Part shown: positions 20,125 to 30,140 of the stretch, in pieces | How the letters are laid out: each line of letters begins with the position of its first letter | Numbering within the stretch: the stretch's first letter is position 1 | Source of the DNA: Escherichia phage PC3 | Direction: 5' to 3' (one strand) | Sequence record: ON184125 | DNA: 64,000 nucleotides | Notes under the pieces: model-generated | Databases searched by the model: none | Told to the model about the DNA's origin: nothing | The model's input: the letters and a program-made list of their open reading frames with translations, nothing else | Program-made: the position numbers and the translations under genes

Positions 20125-20634
20125 TTATTTGTCAGGGTTCACTAAAACAGGGGTGGATACCAGTTCGCCGCTCTTCACAGAATGCTGGACTACAACAATC
20201 TGATCGACCATGCGATATACTTCAATCCCAGCAGCCAGCATTTCAATAATGCCGTCTATGATACGATATGGTCGGTCATAGAACACTTTAGCGATCTTGC
20301 CACTGTCGATAATACGACGGGTGCACTCTGGGCATGGACTATGAGTGACAAACATCACCAGGCCACAACAGTCTTCAGTGTGCTGGGGGAGTTTGCTCAG
20401 AGCATTCTCCTCGGCGTGGATAACACCCACCGATACCAGTTGACCGTCTACTTCCTTCTCACAGACATTAGGAGCGCCAGGAGCAGTCCCGTTCCAACCG
20501 ATAGACAGGGGCTGGTCAACACGCGGGTCAACGATAACACAGCCGACCTTCAGGCGCTGGGCATAGCTGGACAGAGCGTATGCATGAGCCGATCGCATAT
20601 GCGCAAACAACATACGGGGTTTGATAGTCATCAC
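20125..20634 (-). CDS. deoxycytidylate (dCMP) deaminase
   Basis: Zinc-binding deaminase motifs HAEENAL and HSPCPECTRRII. Confidence 0.85.
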   Translation of the reverse strand: MMTIKPRMLFAHMRSAHAYALSSYAQRLKVGCVIVDPRVDQPLSIGWNGTAPGAPNVCEKEVDGQLVSVGVIHAEENALSKLPQHTEDCCGLVMFVTHSPCPECTRRIIDSGKIAKVFYDRPYRIIDGIIEMLAAGIEVYRMVDQIVVVQHSVKSGELVSTPVLVNPDK

Positions 20635-20945
20635 ATCACCAGTTTCTTTTCAAGGAGGAAGATCATGTCGTCTTGGTCTGCACGACCAAAGATCTGACCC
20701 ATGGCGACCATCTGGTGGACTTCCCTGACAATGATTTCTTTGCCAGGAGTAACTTCATCCAGGTCCATGATAGTGCTGACGCGGTCTACCATGCGCGGCG
20801 GGTGATTAATGTAGCGCTGCAGGTACTTCTCGCGAGTGGCAATCAGGTTGTTCAGCTCGGCGATTTCAGACTCTTCTTCTGAGAAGCGCTTTTCCTTCGC
20901 CTGTAGTTCAGCCAGACGCTCATACATTTCTTTTAATGGGGTCAT
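20631..20945 (-). CDS. hypothetical protein
   Basis: 104-aa ORF, 4-nt overlap with dCMP deaminase. Confidence 0.45.
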   Translation of the reverse strand: MTPLKEMYERLAELQAKEKRFSEEESEIAELNNLIATREKYLQRYINHPPRMVDRVSTIMDLDEVTPGKEIIVREVHQMVAMGQIFGRADQDDMIFLLEKKLVM

Positions 20946-21014
20946 TTCCGGTTCCTCTTAATAAACGAAGGGAAGTATATACTCCCCCTTCTTCAATAAC
21001 CGCTGAATCTTTAT

Positions 21015-21353
21015 TCAGAGATAAGATTTACCGAGTTCGGTCAGGCGATAGAACGTCACCTCAGTGTTCGGCCAGTTCACGTAAGAACCGTCATGAACCA
21101 TTGAGCCAGCTGGTTCGATCAACCCCTTGGCGAGCAGGGAAGCCCCTGTGCGGGTGTCCCATGGGTCGCCTTTGACGGAGGTGAAACCACCAGTGTTCGG
21201 GCATACCTGGAACGTCCAGGCGGTGTTGCCCTTGTCATTGGTCCAGGATTTGGGATGCAAGTACCATTCACCATAACGGCAATGACCTTTCTCAAAGTTC
21301 TCCATCCCGTAGAGAACCAAGAGTTGGTGTCCTGTAATACGCGGCTTTTTCAT
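21015..21353 (-). CDS. hypothetical protein
   Basis: ORF trimmed to internal Met (MKKPRITGH) that is ATGA-coupled to the upstream gene. Confidence 0.4.
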   Translation of the reverse strand: MKKPRITGHQLLVLYGMENFEKGHCRYGEWYLHPKSWTNDKGNTAWTFQVCPNTGGFTSVKGDPWDTRTGASLLAKGLIEPAGSMVHDGSYVNWPNTEVTFYRLTELGKSYL

Positions 21354-21667
21354 GACAATACTCCTTTCAGAGCTAAAACGGAAAGCACACCAATAATCAA
21401 CCATGTCGGGATAATCGGCTTGCAGTTCATGTGGGTTTCTCCACCTTCGATGTTTGGACTTCCTTGTATAAGAACGTGTTCACAGGAAGCTCTGAACGTC
21501 ATTACACAGCCCATCAACACAATCGGCCTGATATAATAACCCGTTTTAGTTTGCTTCACGATACATGGAGAGGAGAAGCGCAGATATGGATCCCCTTTCC
21601 GGTAGCCTGTGATTGTGACCTTCTGCACTTCAGAAGGCACCTTTTGGCCAGGAAAATAAATTTTCAT
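21350..21667 (-). CDS. hypothetical protein with C-terminal TM helix
   Basis: 105-aa ORF. Confidence 0.4.
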   Translation of the reverse strand: MKIYFPGQKVPSEVQKVTITGYRKGDPYLRFSSPCIVKQTKTGYYIRPIVLMGCVMTFRASCEHVLIQGSPNIEGGETHMNCKPIIPTWLIIGVLSVLALKGVLS

Positions 21668-22242
21668 ATTTCAATCCCCAGATTGGTGTATAACAACTCA
21701 GACAGGGTTACAGGACGCTTGAATTGTTCCCAACTACAGTTCAGGTATTCACGTTCTTCACGCATTTCACTGTGAAGATGACCATGGATATTATACGCCC
21801 AGCGGTCCAATTGATAAGGAACGTGAGTGGTCAGCACACGACCAACCGGAGTATCACGCTCATACATCGCACCAAAGGAGCTAATCCATCCCTCTTGATA
21901 CAGCTGCATCAACATCTTGAATCTGTCATGGTTGCCTTGCGCCACCCTGATGATAAAGTTCGGTCGCCAGTCATCGGGAACCGGGCGGCGCTTGAACTCA
22001 TCAATATTCCTCTTGGCACCCTCGCGCATCAGGCGAATGAACCCCTCAGCCCCGATGAAGCAGATGTCCCCAGCCAGTTCAAGGACGTCTCGGGACTTCA
22101 GCCCCTGAAAGATACTGTCGATAACTGCAGCATCATGCGCCTCTTGGGTATCGAACCCACGGGGCTTGAAGACCTTCTTGTGTCCGAGGTGGGTGTCGCC
22201 CAGATATTTTACAATTCCTGCCATTATGGTCTCCTCAACCAT
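21664..22242 (-). CDS. calcineurin-like metallophosphoesterase
   Basis: GDTHLGH, GNHD and GHLH motifs. Confidence 0.7.
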   Translation of the reverse strand: MVEETIMAGIVKYLGDTHLGHKKVFKPRGFDTQEAHDAAVIDSIFQGLKSRDVLELAGDICFIGAEGFIRLMREGAKRNIDEFKRRPVPDDWRPNFIIRVAQGNHDRFKMLMQLYQEGWISSFGAMYERDTPVGRVLTTHVPYQLDRWAYNIHGHLHSEMREEREYLNCSWEQFKRPVTLSELLYTNLGIEI

Positions 22243-22652
22243 TCTAAAATCGATACGTTCACAAACCCCTTATGCCAGCGATGGGGTTTATGGCCTCTGT
22301 TGTGTTCGAGCAAACACGTGTCCGGTGGGACACTGAAGTGGATGCCGTCGATGTCGTAGTAATGCCCATCAATCAGAGTATACACATGACCTTCGGTCTG
22401 ACTGTAATGGATCTCTGCTTGGGGATACACGTGCTTCAGAAGTAGAGCAACCTGGTAACACTTCCCGTTCTTCCCCACGTACTCGACATCCACCTGTTGT
22501 GGAAACACATCTTTGACAAGGTTTATCAATCTCGTGATGTCATTTACAACAACCGAACGTTTCATATCGCCTCTCCCGAGGATTCGTTGGTGAACCAATG
22601 ATACTCTATCCCGGATATAGAAAAGCCCCTCACGGGGCTTGATCGTCTTCAT
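22224..22652 (-). CDS. hypothetical protein
   Basis: 142-aa ORF. Confidence 0.45.
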   Translation of the reverse strand: MKTIKPREGLFYIRDRVSLVHQRILGRGDMKRSVVVNDITRLINLVKDVFPQQVDVEYVGKNGKCYQVALLLKHVYPQAEIHYSQTEGHVYTLIDGHYYDIDGIHFSVPPDTCLLEHNRGHKPHRWHKGFVNVSILEWLRRP

Positions 22653-22932
22653 CAGGGAATATACGCCATCGACTTATTCCATACCACTCACCGATAGAGT
22701 TCCATGTCCTTTCCCCAGGCCAGCCACCGACCGTGTAGTAATGCGCTACCAGCCGCCAGTAAGGAAGAGAGGCCATGTTCACGCCGCCGTCGGCCTTTAG
22801 GCAGGCCAAGTACCAATTCGTGAGACTGAACGCCTGAAATAACGGATGAAGGAACATGAAGTATAGGTAGCCCAATATGGCTGCGAACACCCCAGCTATT
22901 ACGATAGCGCCAATAACTGTGAAGAATATCAT
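22630..22932 (-). CDS. small membrane protein
   Basis: Hydrophobic N-terminus FFTVIGAIVIAGVFAAILGYLYFMF. Confidence 0.4.
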   Translation of the reverse strand: MIFFTVIGAIVIAGVFAAILGYLYFMFLHPLFQAFSLTNWYLACLKADGGVNMASLPYWRLVAHYYTVGGWPGERTWNSIGEWYGISRWRIFPDEDDQAP

Positions 22933-23561
22933 TCTTTCACCTCCAGCCCCATCAGATCTTCCATGGTCTTCTGAATACGCAGCCAGTCAAGCGCAGCGTC
23001 ATAACGAGGGTCATGATAGACCATACCTTCCAGTTCCCAAGCCTTGATGCCAGCGTAGCGATCCTGTTGACCAACACCCTTCAGCCAGCTCACGATGTCG
23101 AAGGTGTGGTGGTAGTCCCAAGGTTCGTTGGAGTCCTGCTTACATGTCACCTCAATGATGTGCTGAGCCTTGCGCAGATCGAACAAGTTACGGTCACACC
23201 AGTCAACCGAGCGCGGGTCTACCCCAAGACGATGACAACCCTTGCGGATTTCATCGGCCAGCTGGAAGATAGAGATGTCCTGCTCAGTCGGGTACAGACT
23301 GACGGCGCGAGCCGCATCACACGGGTTGCGCTTGCCCGTGCCCAGCCACCATTCAACTGTCCCAGCGTCCTTCACGCGACCAAGTTCGAGCTGCTCTTTG
23401 ACATTCAGCTTAATGAACGTCGTGCGCTCCTCAACCAGCTGCTGAAGAGTATAACGCTTGGTCAGGTCAGCGATGGTGTGCGCCCAGGACAACATGACTG
23501 CATCATCCCAGCGCCCCAGGGTTTCGCTGTCGGCAACTGCAAGGAAATTAGACTTGTACAT
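22929..23561 (-). CDS. DEDD-family 3'-5' exonuclease (DexA-like)
   Basis: Exo I LAVADSETLG, Exo II NLFDL, Exo III YHHTFDIVSW. Confidence 0.6.
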   Translation of the reverse strand: MYKSNFLAVADSETLGRWDDAVMLSWAHTIADLTKRYTLQQLVEERTTFIKLNVKEQLELGRVKDAGTVEWWLGTGKRNPCDAARAVSLYPTEQDISIFQLADEIRKGCHRLGVDPRSVDWCDRNLFDLRKAQHIIEVTCKQDSNEPWDYHHTFDIVSWLKGVGQQDRYAGIKAWELEGMVYHDPRYDAALDWLRIQKTMEDLMGLEVKE

Positions 23562-24176
23562 TTACGCCTCCTCGTCGATGATTTCTTGCTCATCTTCGAC
23601 AATCATGATACCTTCTGTGTCCAGATGAGAAAGTTCCATCAGATCATCATCGAATCCGTCTCCTTCCCTGATATAGAAGACTGGGACGACACGACGGCGG
23701 GTCTCTTCATACACGCTTTCAGAGATTCGATTGATATGGCGCACTACACTGTAGAGGTTCAGGCCACCAATGCCACAGCCGATAGCAGGCAGGCCGACAT
23801 AGACAGTTTCGTCTTTAGTTGCTTCCACAATTTCATGCACCTGCTCAAACAGGGTCTGAACAGAACTGATGACTGACGGCATTCGAGCGTTCGGACCTGG
23901 ATAAAACTGAGTGTAGAGGTTCGCGCCCCAAACGCCCTTGCTGTGGTCAAATGCATAGGACATACCACCCAGGCGTTGCTCTGGACCACGAGGGTCGTTA
24001 GCATCGACTTCACGCAGGGCTGGGAAGTTGTTACCGATGTGCAGGGCAATACCCGCGCCCATGGTAGACCAACAGTTGGCACCGTGGGCAAAGATGTCGA
24101 TCAGATTGAAGCTACAGGCGGCTTTCAGTAGATCGCCACCATTGATTACATATGTGGTCATGCGTACTGTCTCCAT
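23562..24176 (-). CDS. macro-domain-like protein (ADP-ribose binding/processing candidate)
   Basis: HGANCWSTMGAGIA and LPAIGCGIGGL resemble macro-domain Gly-rich motifs. Confidence 0.45.
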   Translation of the reverse strand: METVRMTTYVINGGDLLKAACSFNLIDIFAHGANCWSTMGAGIALHIGNNFPALREVDANDPRGPEQRLGGMSYAFDHSKGVWGANLYTQFYPGPNARMPSVISSVQTLFEQVHEIVEATKDETVYVGLPAIGCGIGGLNLYSVVRHINRISESVYEETRRRVVPVFYIREGDGFDDDLMELSHLDTEGIMIVEDEQEIIDEEA

Positions 24177-24400
24177 TCAATAATGCTGTTGTCAACACAT
24201 GACACCTGGATGATGCCTGTGCGGTGGTGATAATCAGTCATCTGCATGATAAAGTTGTTCCCATTGCGGATAATGGTGTTGACAACGATACCCTTGGCAG
24301 CAAGGCGTATTACAATGGCAGTGCAAAGGCGGTCCATGTAACCGGACACAGAACCTGGTTCGAAGCATCGCTCGAACAGATTTTCAAATTCTGGGCTCAT
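24158..24400 (-). CDS. hypothetical protein
   Basis: 80-aa ORF. Confidence 0.35.
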   Translation of the reverse strand: MSPEFENLFERCFEPGSVSGYMDRLCTAIVIRLAAKGIVVNTIIRNGNNFIMQMTDYHHRTGIIQVSCVDNSIIEWRQYA

Positions 24401-24425
24401 TTGATGTTACCAAACAAGAGGTCGA

Positions 24426-24448
24426 GGCGGTAATAATACCGCCTTTTT
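24426..24448 (+). terminator. hairpin with TAATAATA loop followed by T-run
   Basis: GGCGG-TAATAATA-CCGCC then TTTTT; loop sequence shared with hairpins at 39256 and 42094. Confidence 0.4.
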
Positions 24449-24450
24449 CT

Positions 24451-24861
24451 TCAATAGAGGTCTTCGGAAAAGAGTTCGCGGAAAGGGGTTGTCTTCAGGC
24501 GCACCTGATTGATCTGTCCAGCTTCACGGGCTACGATGCACGCCTCTTCACGAGTGAGGAAGTTGCCCTGGTTGTCGATGAATCCCTGTTCGCGGGTATG
24601 GGTGGATTTAATGACGCCTGCTTCTTTCAGGATCTTGAGCTGGCTGTTCATGAATCGGCTGTGGTGACGGTCAGCAACGACGATTACATCACCATATTTG
24701 TTGGCGGCAGCGACCACACGGCGCTCCCAGGCACCTTCGACAGGAAGGTCACGGGTGTACAATGGAATCATCGTATCACCGATGTCATCCCCCTTCACCT
24801 GTGAGAACAACTTGCCTTCAGTGCCCGTTGGGAGTTCACGAAAATATCCCAGTAATTTCAT
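24451..24861 (-). CDS. hypothetical protein
   Basis: 136-aa ORF. Confidence 0.45.
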   Translation of the reverse strand: MKLLGYFRELPTGTEGKLFSQVKGDDIGDTMIPLYTRDLPVEGAWERRVVAAANKYGDVIVVADRHHSRFMNSQLKILKEAGVIKSTHTREQGFIDNQGNFLTREEACIVAREAGQINQVRLKTTPFRELFSEDLY

Positions 24862-25177
24862 AATCTATTCAATCCAAATTTCAGGTTCAGAGATGTCGAC
24901 CATATCCACTGTCTGGTTCTTCAGATCACGGAAACAGTCGCCGAGGAATTGTATTTTGCCGTCGGTCAGGAACAGATGGCAAATGATGCTGGATCAGTTT
25001 CATTCACCAGCAGGCTCGGTGTGAACGTAGGCTCAATAACATTGTTGTTCCACGACCACATCGGACCTTGGGCATCACCCTTTACGCGATATGGGTGAAG
25101 TATATCACACCCAGGACAATGAAAATACAAGGAATCATCCGTAGACAGAAGTTTAGGGCTCAGAAGCTATGTTATGA

Positions 25178-25465
25178 TCAACCATCTACAGTGGCTTCAG
25201 GAACGTAGGGGCGCAGTTCACCAACCAGTTTCGGAAAGAGTGCAAGCCCAAACAGATTGAAAGAACGCATGGTGCCTACCATTGCAACATCTTCCCCTTC
25301 CTCGATATCTTTCAGGGCGCACATTGGGTAATATTCATCGACCTCTGGGTCTTCCGTCTCACCATAGAGACCAAACGCTACCTCTTCTTTGATAAAGCGA
25401 GGAACCAGGAAATCAAATAGGAAAATGATGAATACCACAGGTGCTGCAGAACGGAGATAGAACAT
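25178..25465 (-). CDS. small membrane protein
   Basis: Hydrophobic stretch AAPVVFIIFLFDFLV. Confidence 0.3.
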   Translation of the reverse strand: MFYLRSAAPVVFIIFLFDFLVPRFIKEEVAFGLYGETEDPEVDEYYPMCALKDIEEGEDVAMVGTMRSFNLFGLALFPKLVGELRPYVPEATVDG

Positions 25466-25507
25466 AGCACAACCCTCGCAGGTGAGGAGGGGCGAACCCC
25501 TCCGATG

Positions 25508-26839
25508 TTATAGGCCAAGAGCCTTTTCAAGGTCATCAAGGTCTTCAGTGTAAAGATCGATGTCCTCTTTCTTACTTAATTCCTTATATTGTGCTTCAAG
25601 GTTCTCAATCTGCTTGAGTAGGCGCTCACGGGCGTCCAGAGTAATAGACGACAGAGGCATCTTGAACAACTCGTCAAGATCACCACCAAAGTCCGGGTAG
25701 TCCTGCATGAACAGAGACTTCAGCACGTCAATCTTTTGGCGGAGATCAACACGCGTCGCCCATTCAATGAACACCGCCCGGTCACCCAGCTTGCGGATCC
25801 TGTCTGCCATGTCCTTCAACAGATACTGGCGACGGTCTTCGTACCGTGACAGGCGATAATTGAAGAACGGCAGCAACATGTCCCGCCAACCAGAATAACG
25901 ATGAATAACACCGTCTTCATCCCAGGCTGTCCAAACAGGCTTGGTGGCTGAATACAGTTTGAACATCTGCTCAACCTGCTCGTCACTCAGCTTAGAGAGT
26001 TCGCCGCGCTTAAACACAACCGTGATATCCCAGCCATCTTCGGTCGTGTCGTTGGCGTACTCGGTGAGGATACCTGCCTTGTACAGAGGCAGCAACACCT
26101 TGGTCTCATAGGTTTTGGCAAACCAGCCCACTGGGACTTCGGTGATATGCAGGGTCGTGGCATTGACCCGACGGAAGATACCACGACTGTATGCTCTTCC
26201 TTCCTCAGTATAGCCTGTCTCTCCTTTGAAGCCGTTCCAGTACGGTTTTAAGTCTTTCGGGTCTTCGCCACGGAGAAGCGCTCTCAGGGCATTCAGCACG
26301 GACTTAACGCAATGACACGGGGTGTCGGTGGAATATCCGGTGCCGATACCATTGATCCCATTCACCAGGAACATGGGTAGGATGGGCAGAAAGAACTTCG
26401 GCTCCAGCCTTTCTTCACCAAGGTAGTTGTATTCCAAGATACCCTCATCCTCCTTGCGGAAGATCTTGCGGATAACGTCAGATACAGCGACGGATATGTA
26501 TCGGGCAGATGAAGCATCACGCCCCATGATAGAACCAAACTGGCCATCGCGGTCAAAGTACGGGATGTTGTTCGTGCCTGGGAACCCCTGAGCCATGTTC
26601 ACGATAGTGCCGCTCATGTTCTCACCACCAGACTTGTAGTTGGTGCGAGCGGCGGCGAACATACCAAGGCGGTCAACAATCTCCTCCTTGTTGTACTCAA
26701 GAGCAGCGAAAAGGATCTTGCGCTGGCTTGGCTTGAGGCTGTCAATCAGCTGAGGGATTTGACGGATGCTGTTGACCACAGAAAACTGTTTATGGTCAGT
26801 GTTGACAAAGTCCGTTACAGTAATGCTCTTAGCAACCAT
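25508..26839 (-). CDS. DNA topoisomerase II medium subunit (T4 gp52-like, GyrA-type)
   Basis: N-terminal region resembles T4 gp52 (PSQRKILFAALE); start moved to internal Met at 26839 with GAGG RBS, giving 443 aa (T4 gp52 is 442 aa). Confidence 0.85.
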   Translation of the reverse strand: MVAKSITVTDFVNTDHKQFSVVNSIRQIPQLIDSLKPSQRKILFAALEYNKEEIVDRLGMFAAARTNYKSGGENMSGTIVNMAQGFPGTNNIPYFDRDGQFGSIMGRDASSARYISVAVSDVIRKIFRKEDEGILEYNYLGEERLEPKFFLPILPMFLVNGINGIGTGYSTDTPCHCVKSVLNALRALLRGEDPKDLKPYWNGFKGETGYTEEGRAYSRGIFRRVNATTLHITEVPVGWFAKTYETKVLLPLYKAGILTEYANDTTEDGWDITVVFKRGELSKLSDEQVEQMFKLYSATKPVWTAWDEDGVIHRYSGWRDMLLPFFNYRLSRYEDRRQYLLKDMADRIRKLGDRAVFIEWATRVDLRQKIDVLKSLFMQDYPDFGGDLDELFKMPLSSITLDARERLLKQIENLEAQYKELSKKEDIDLYTEDLDDLEKALGL

Positions 26840-26840
26840 C

Positions 26841-28739
26841 TTATTCATCCTCAGTTTCAAATAGGCAAACATCGCTAAACCAGGTTTTGCGGTAATCGGC
26901 GGCCTCGTCACCGAAGCCATTCTTCAGTGACTGTTGATAGCCATCGTCCAGCGTGACCGTCGTAGTATACGCATCCAGGTTGTTTAGAATACGTTTGAAG
27001 TCTTCAGTGCTGTTACCACCCAGACCTTTCAGATATTTCTTCTTCGTGATCTTCTTGGCATCAGGCGTCTTCAGGAACTCCTCATACTCTGCGTTGTTCA
27101 TGAACTCATGCATCACCTTGCCACACCACACACGCATGTAAGGGGTGCGCAGGAGCTTCAGCCTGCCCTGACGGACGTACTCCGGCCAGTAGGTGCAATA
27201 CAGGGTGATCAACAACCCACGGATGTGAATGCCGTCATCGTCCGCATCGGTAGCCACAACAGTCTGTGGGTAACGGGTGATGTCAAGGGGCTGGCCTGGT
27301 ACTGCACCGCCGTGGATCGTACACAGGTTCTTGAACTCTTCATTGTTCATCACCTTTGAGCGCGGGGCGTTCAGGCAGTTGATGAACTTACCACGAAGCG
27401 GGAACAACCCGATCTTCTTGGTGTCGCGGGCGTTCAGGATAGGATTGGAGGCACTATCACCCTCTGTCAGCAACAGGGAGCATCCGCTGCGGTCACCACG
27501 GGCGGTCGCCGGGTAATACTTCTCAATCTCACGATAATCCCGCTTGCTGATGTCCTTCTTGGCCTTTTCAAACTCAGCATCATCCTGCTCATTGCGCAGG
27601 GAAGCCAGTTCTTTGCTCAGACCAGCCGTAACGAACTCAAGCGCCTTGCGGATCAGTTTATCGCTGGGCTTGTACGACGTACCGAACTGGCTTACAGGAG
27701 TGGTCATGCGCTCCTTGGTCTGGCTGTCAAAGCGCGGGTTGTTGATGTCGGCGGCGATGAACAAGGACATGTGGTTCTTGATCATTGCTGGCTTCAGTTC
27801 GGTCTTGAACTTCTTCACCAGCTGGGGACGAATCGCTGCCACGATCTGGTCAGCAACATAATCAACGTGAGGACCACCGATGTGGGTGGCAATAGAGTTC
27901 ACGTATGATGCGTGCATGAACGTACCGGATGAAGGGGCTACAGCAACAGACCAATCCCCGGTTTCGTCAACAGCCGAACCAGCATGGAAGTAATCAACGA
28001 AGTGGCCAAAGCGGTCAATCCGGATTTGCTTCCCATTGAGAACAATCTTCAGGCGCGGGTTACACGCAGCCACTTCAAACGCGCGGCGATAGATCATCAG
28101 CAGGTTGTTCTGGTCAAGTCCTTTGACGCCCAGACGAGCATAGTCAGGGATCCAGGCGATGGATGTGCCGGGACTGTTCACGTTGCTGATGACTGGGTTA
28201 GATTTCTTGCTCATGTTGTCTTCAAACGTCTGAGTATAAGACTTCTTGCCGTCATTAGTCGTGACGCGGAACCATTTGGAGAACACGTTGACGAGGGACG
28301 CCCCTTCGCCATTCTGACCACCGGACTTCTGGTTGTTGTACTCTTCGTCTTCGTCGTTGAAGTTCGATCCTGCAAACAATTCTGAAAATAACATTTCTGG
28401 CAACCACATACCAGATTCATGCTTGACCACAGGGATACCCCCGTTGTCAGCAACGATGATTTGACCGTTCATCGGGGAAACTGTGACGGTGATTTCCGTC
28501 AGGGATTTACCCTCAGGGGTCTTGCTGTGGTCAACACAGTTGGTGATGATTTCATCAAACTGTTTGATAAGAGCGGGGTTATATTCAAAATTGTCTTTAA
28601 ACACAACTTTGTCTTTGCTGAGATCATATACCCAAGCCATCCCGACAGAAGAACGGATACTCCCTAGATGGCGCTCTGGGCGAAGGAGTATATGCTCGAT
28701 GTGTGAGAGCTTTTTGTATTTTCTGTTTACATCAACCAT
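26841..28739 (-). CDS. DNA topoisomerase II large subunit (gp39/gp60-type, GyrB-like ATPase plus Toprim)
   Basis: GHKL ATPase N-terminus and Toprim LLLTEGDSA motif; uninterrupted 632 aa. Confidence 0.9.
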   Translation of the reverse strand: MVDVNRKYKKLSHIEHILLRPERHLGSIRSSVGMAWVYDLSKDKVVFKDNFEYNPALIKQFDEIITNCVDHSKTPEGKSLTEITVTVSPMNGQIIVADNGGIPVVKHESGMWLPEMLFSELFAGSNFNDEDEEYNNQKSGGQNGEGASLVNVFSKWFRVTTNDGKKSYTQTFEDNMSKKSNPVISNVNSPGTSIAWIPDYARLGVKGLDQNNLLMIYRRAFEVAACNPRLKIVLNGKQIRIDRFGHFVDYFHAGSAVDETGDWSVAVAPSSGTFMHASYVNSIATHIGGPHVDYVADQIVAAIRPQLVKKFKTELKPAMIKNHMSLFIAADINNPRFDSQTKERMTTPVSQFGTSYKPSDKLIRKALEFVTAGLSKELASLRNEQDDAEFEKAKKDISKRDYREIEKYYPATARGDRSGCSLLLTEGDSASNPILNARDTKKIGLFPLRGKFINCLNAPRSKVMNNEEFKNLCTIHGGAVPGQPLDITRYPQTVVATDADDDGIHIRGLLITLYCTYWPEYVRQGRLKLLRTPYMRVWCGKVMHEFMNNAEYEEFLKTPDAKKITKKKYLKGLGGNSTEDFKRILNNLDAYTTTVTLDDGYQQSLKNGFGDEAADYRKTWFSDVCLFETEDE

Positions 28740-29562
28740 TATTATCTCCGTAAAATTTCAACCAGGCGGGATCTTCTTTTGGTATCCAACCTTTCTGAAA
28801 TTTAGATATACAAGTTTGAGCTGTGGCCTTAGAACAAACAGAGCTTAACCCGGTTTCTTTCAACATTAAACAATAACGGTTCTTCACTTTGTCTTCACCG
28901 TTACTATACCACCATTCAAAGAATTCACCAGCCAAGAGCCATTGTCGGGATTTACCCGTCTTTACGACAGTCGGGTGTTCCCAAGGTTGTATGTTATTCA
29001 TGGGATTGTTCTGGCGCCACATAGCAGAATACCTCTCCCTTTCTTCTGGTCGCCTCATCCGTTCGGTGACTGATTTGGTAAGATTGGCTTTGTGTGCTTC
29101 GGAGTGTGGTATCCCTTTCCTGGATTTTGACAACCTGCGCCTTGATTCGTCATTCCAAGTGTAACCTCTCAAACTATCCGCACGTTTCTTCTGTACTTCT
29201 GGGTTCAATGAGTTTTTCTTGGATTGCTTACGACAACGTTCCTTTTGTTCATCAGATGACATCACTTCTTTCATTCTGGTGGAATTATTTCTCCTCAATT
29301 CCCCAAACTCTTTGTTGTTCCTAGACATGTTGTTCATCCCAGTCCATGCCTTCCTGATACCGGGGTTGAGTGGTTTTGTTCTCCAAAGTAAGTGATGTAC
29401 GACATAATGTTCTTCTGGTGTCAACCATACAAGATTAGAGAAGTGGTTAGTGCCACCCAAGCACACAGGGATTATATGGTGGCGTTCTTGATAAACGCCA
29501 TCCATTTTACCTCTCTGTATTGCTCTCTGTATGAGAGCGTCTAAGATGATTTCGTATTTCAT
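28732..29562 (-). CDS. HNH homing endonuclease
   Basis: HHIIPVCLGGTNHFSNLVWLTPEEHYVVHH motif; C-terminal FQKGWIPKED module. Confidence 0.8.
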   Translation of the reverse strand: MKYEIILDALIQRAIQRGKMDGVYQERHHIIPVCLGGTNHFSNLVWLTPEEHYVVHHLLWRTKPLNPGIRKAWTGMNNMSRNNKEFGELRRNNSTRMKEVMSSDEQKERCRKQSKKNSLNPEVQKKRADSLRGYTWNDESRRRLSKSRKGIPHSEAHKANLTKSVTERMRRPEERERYSAMWRQNNPMNNIQPWEHPTVVKTGKSRQWLLAGEFFEWWYSNGEDKVKNRYCLMLKETGLSSVCSKATAQTCISKFQKGWIPKEDPAWLKFYGDNNG

Positions 29563-30140
29563 AAGCCAAATTTGCTACGCCACTTTTCAACCTTGTGTTC
29601 AATAGCGTGCTCCACTTTAATGCGAGTGGCCATCAAAGAGGATCCACGGATCGCCCCTTCCCCACACCCCATGCGCGCAACATGCTTGATTAGGTCATTG
29701 ACGAGTTGATCCAATCTGTCTTGACTGCGATAAGGCTGGTTACACAATCGGATAATCCGGCCATGATAATGATGGATAAGATTCAGATGCTTTTGAGGAT
29801 CACGATCAATCAGACGGAACCAGTCTTCTTCCAACAGATTAGAAGAAATATCGTTCACTATCGCCATGTGGTTGATGACAGAGTCGATCATTTCGGCCTT
29901 GTTCATAGAGCCGCGCATTTGGACGTCGTCATAATCCATGACGTACAGAAGGTCAATAGCAGAGATAATGACATCAGCAACTTCGCCATTCAACGGCTCG
30001 GAAGATACTATGCCATGAAACACATCAGACAGTTCACAGATCTCTTCACCTAGTTTGTTCAGAACAAACACAGGCGAACGGTCTGGGGTATGAGCAGTGC
30101 AGTCATAAGAAGTGTCGACGATAGTGTGTAGAAATTTCAT
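29559..30140 (-). CDS. MazG-like all-alpha NTP pyrophosphatase (candidate)
   Basis: LGEEICELSD and EVADVIISAIDL resemble the MazG EExxE/ExxD pattern. Confidence 0.4.
   Translation of the reverse strand: MKFLHTIVDTSYDCTAHTPDRSPVFVLNKLGEEICELSDVFHGIVSSEPLNGEVADVIISAIDLLYVMDYDDVQMRGSMNKAEMIDSVINHMAIVNDISSNLLEEDWFRLIDRDPQKHLNLIHHYHGRIIRLCNQPYRSQDRLDQLVNDLIKHVARMGCGEGAIRGSSLMATRIKVEHAIEHKVEKWRSKFGL

Noticed and set aside
26841-26920. 80-nt overlap between the two topoisomerase II subunit ORFs
   Set aside because: Resolved by using the internal Met at 26839 with a GAGG ribosome-binding site; the longer ORF start is likely spurious
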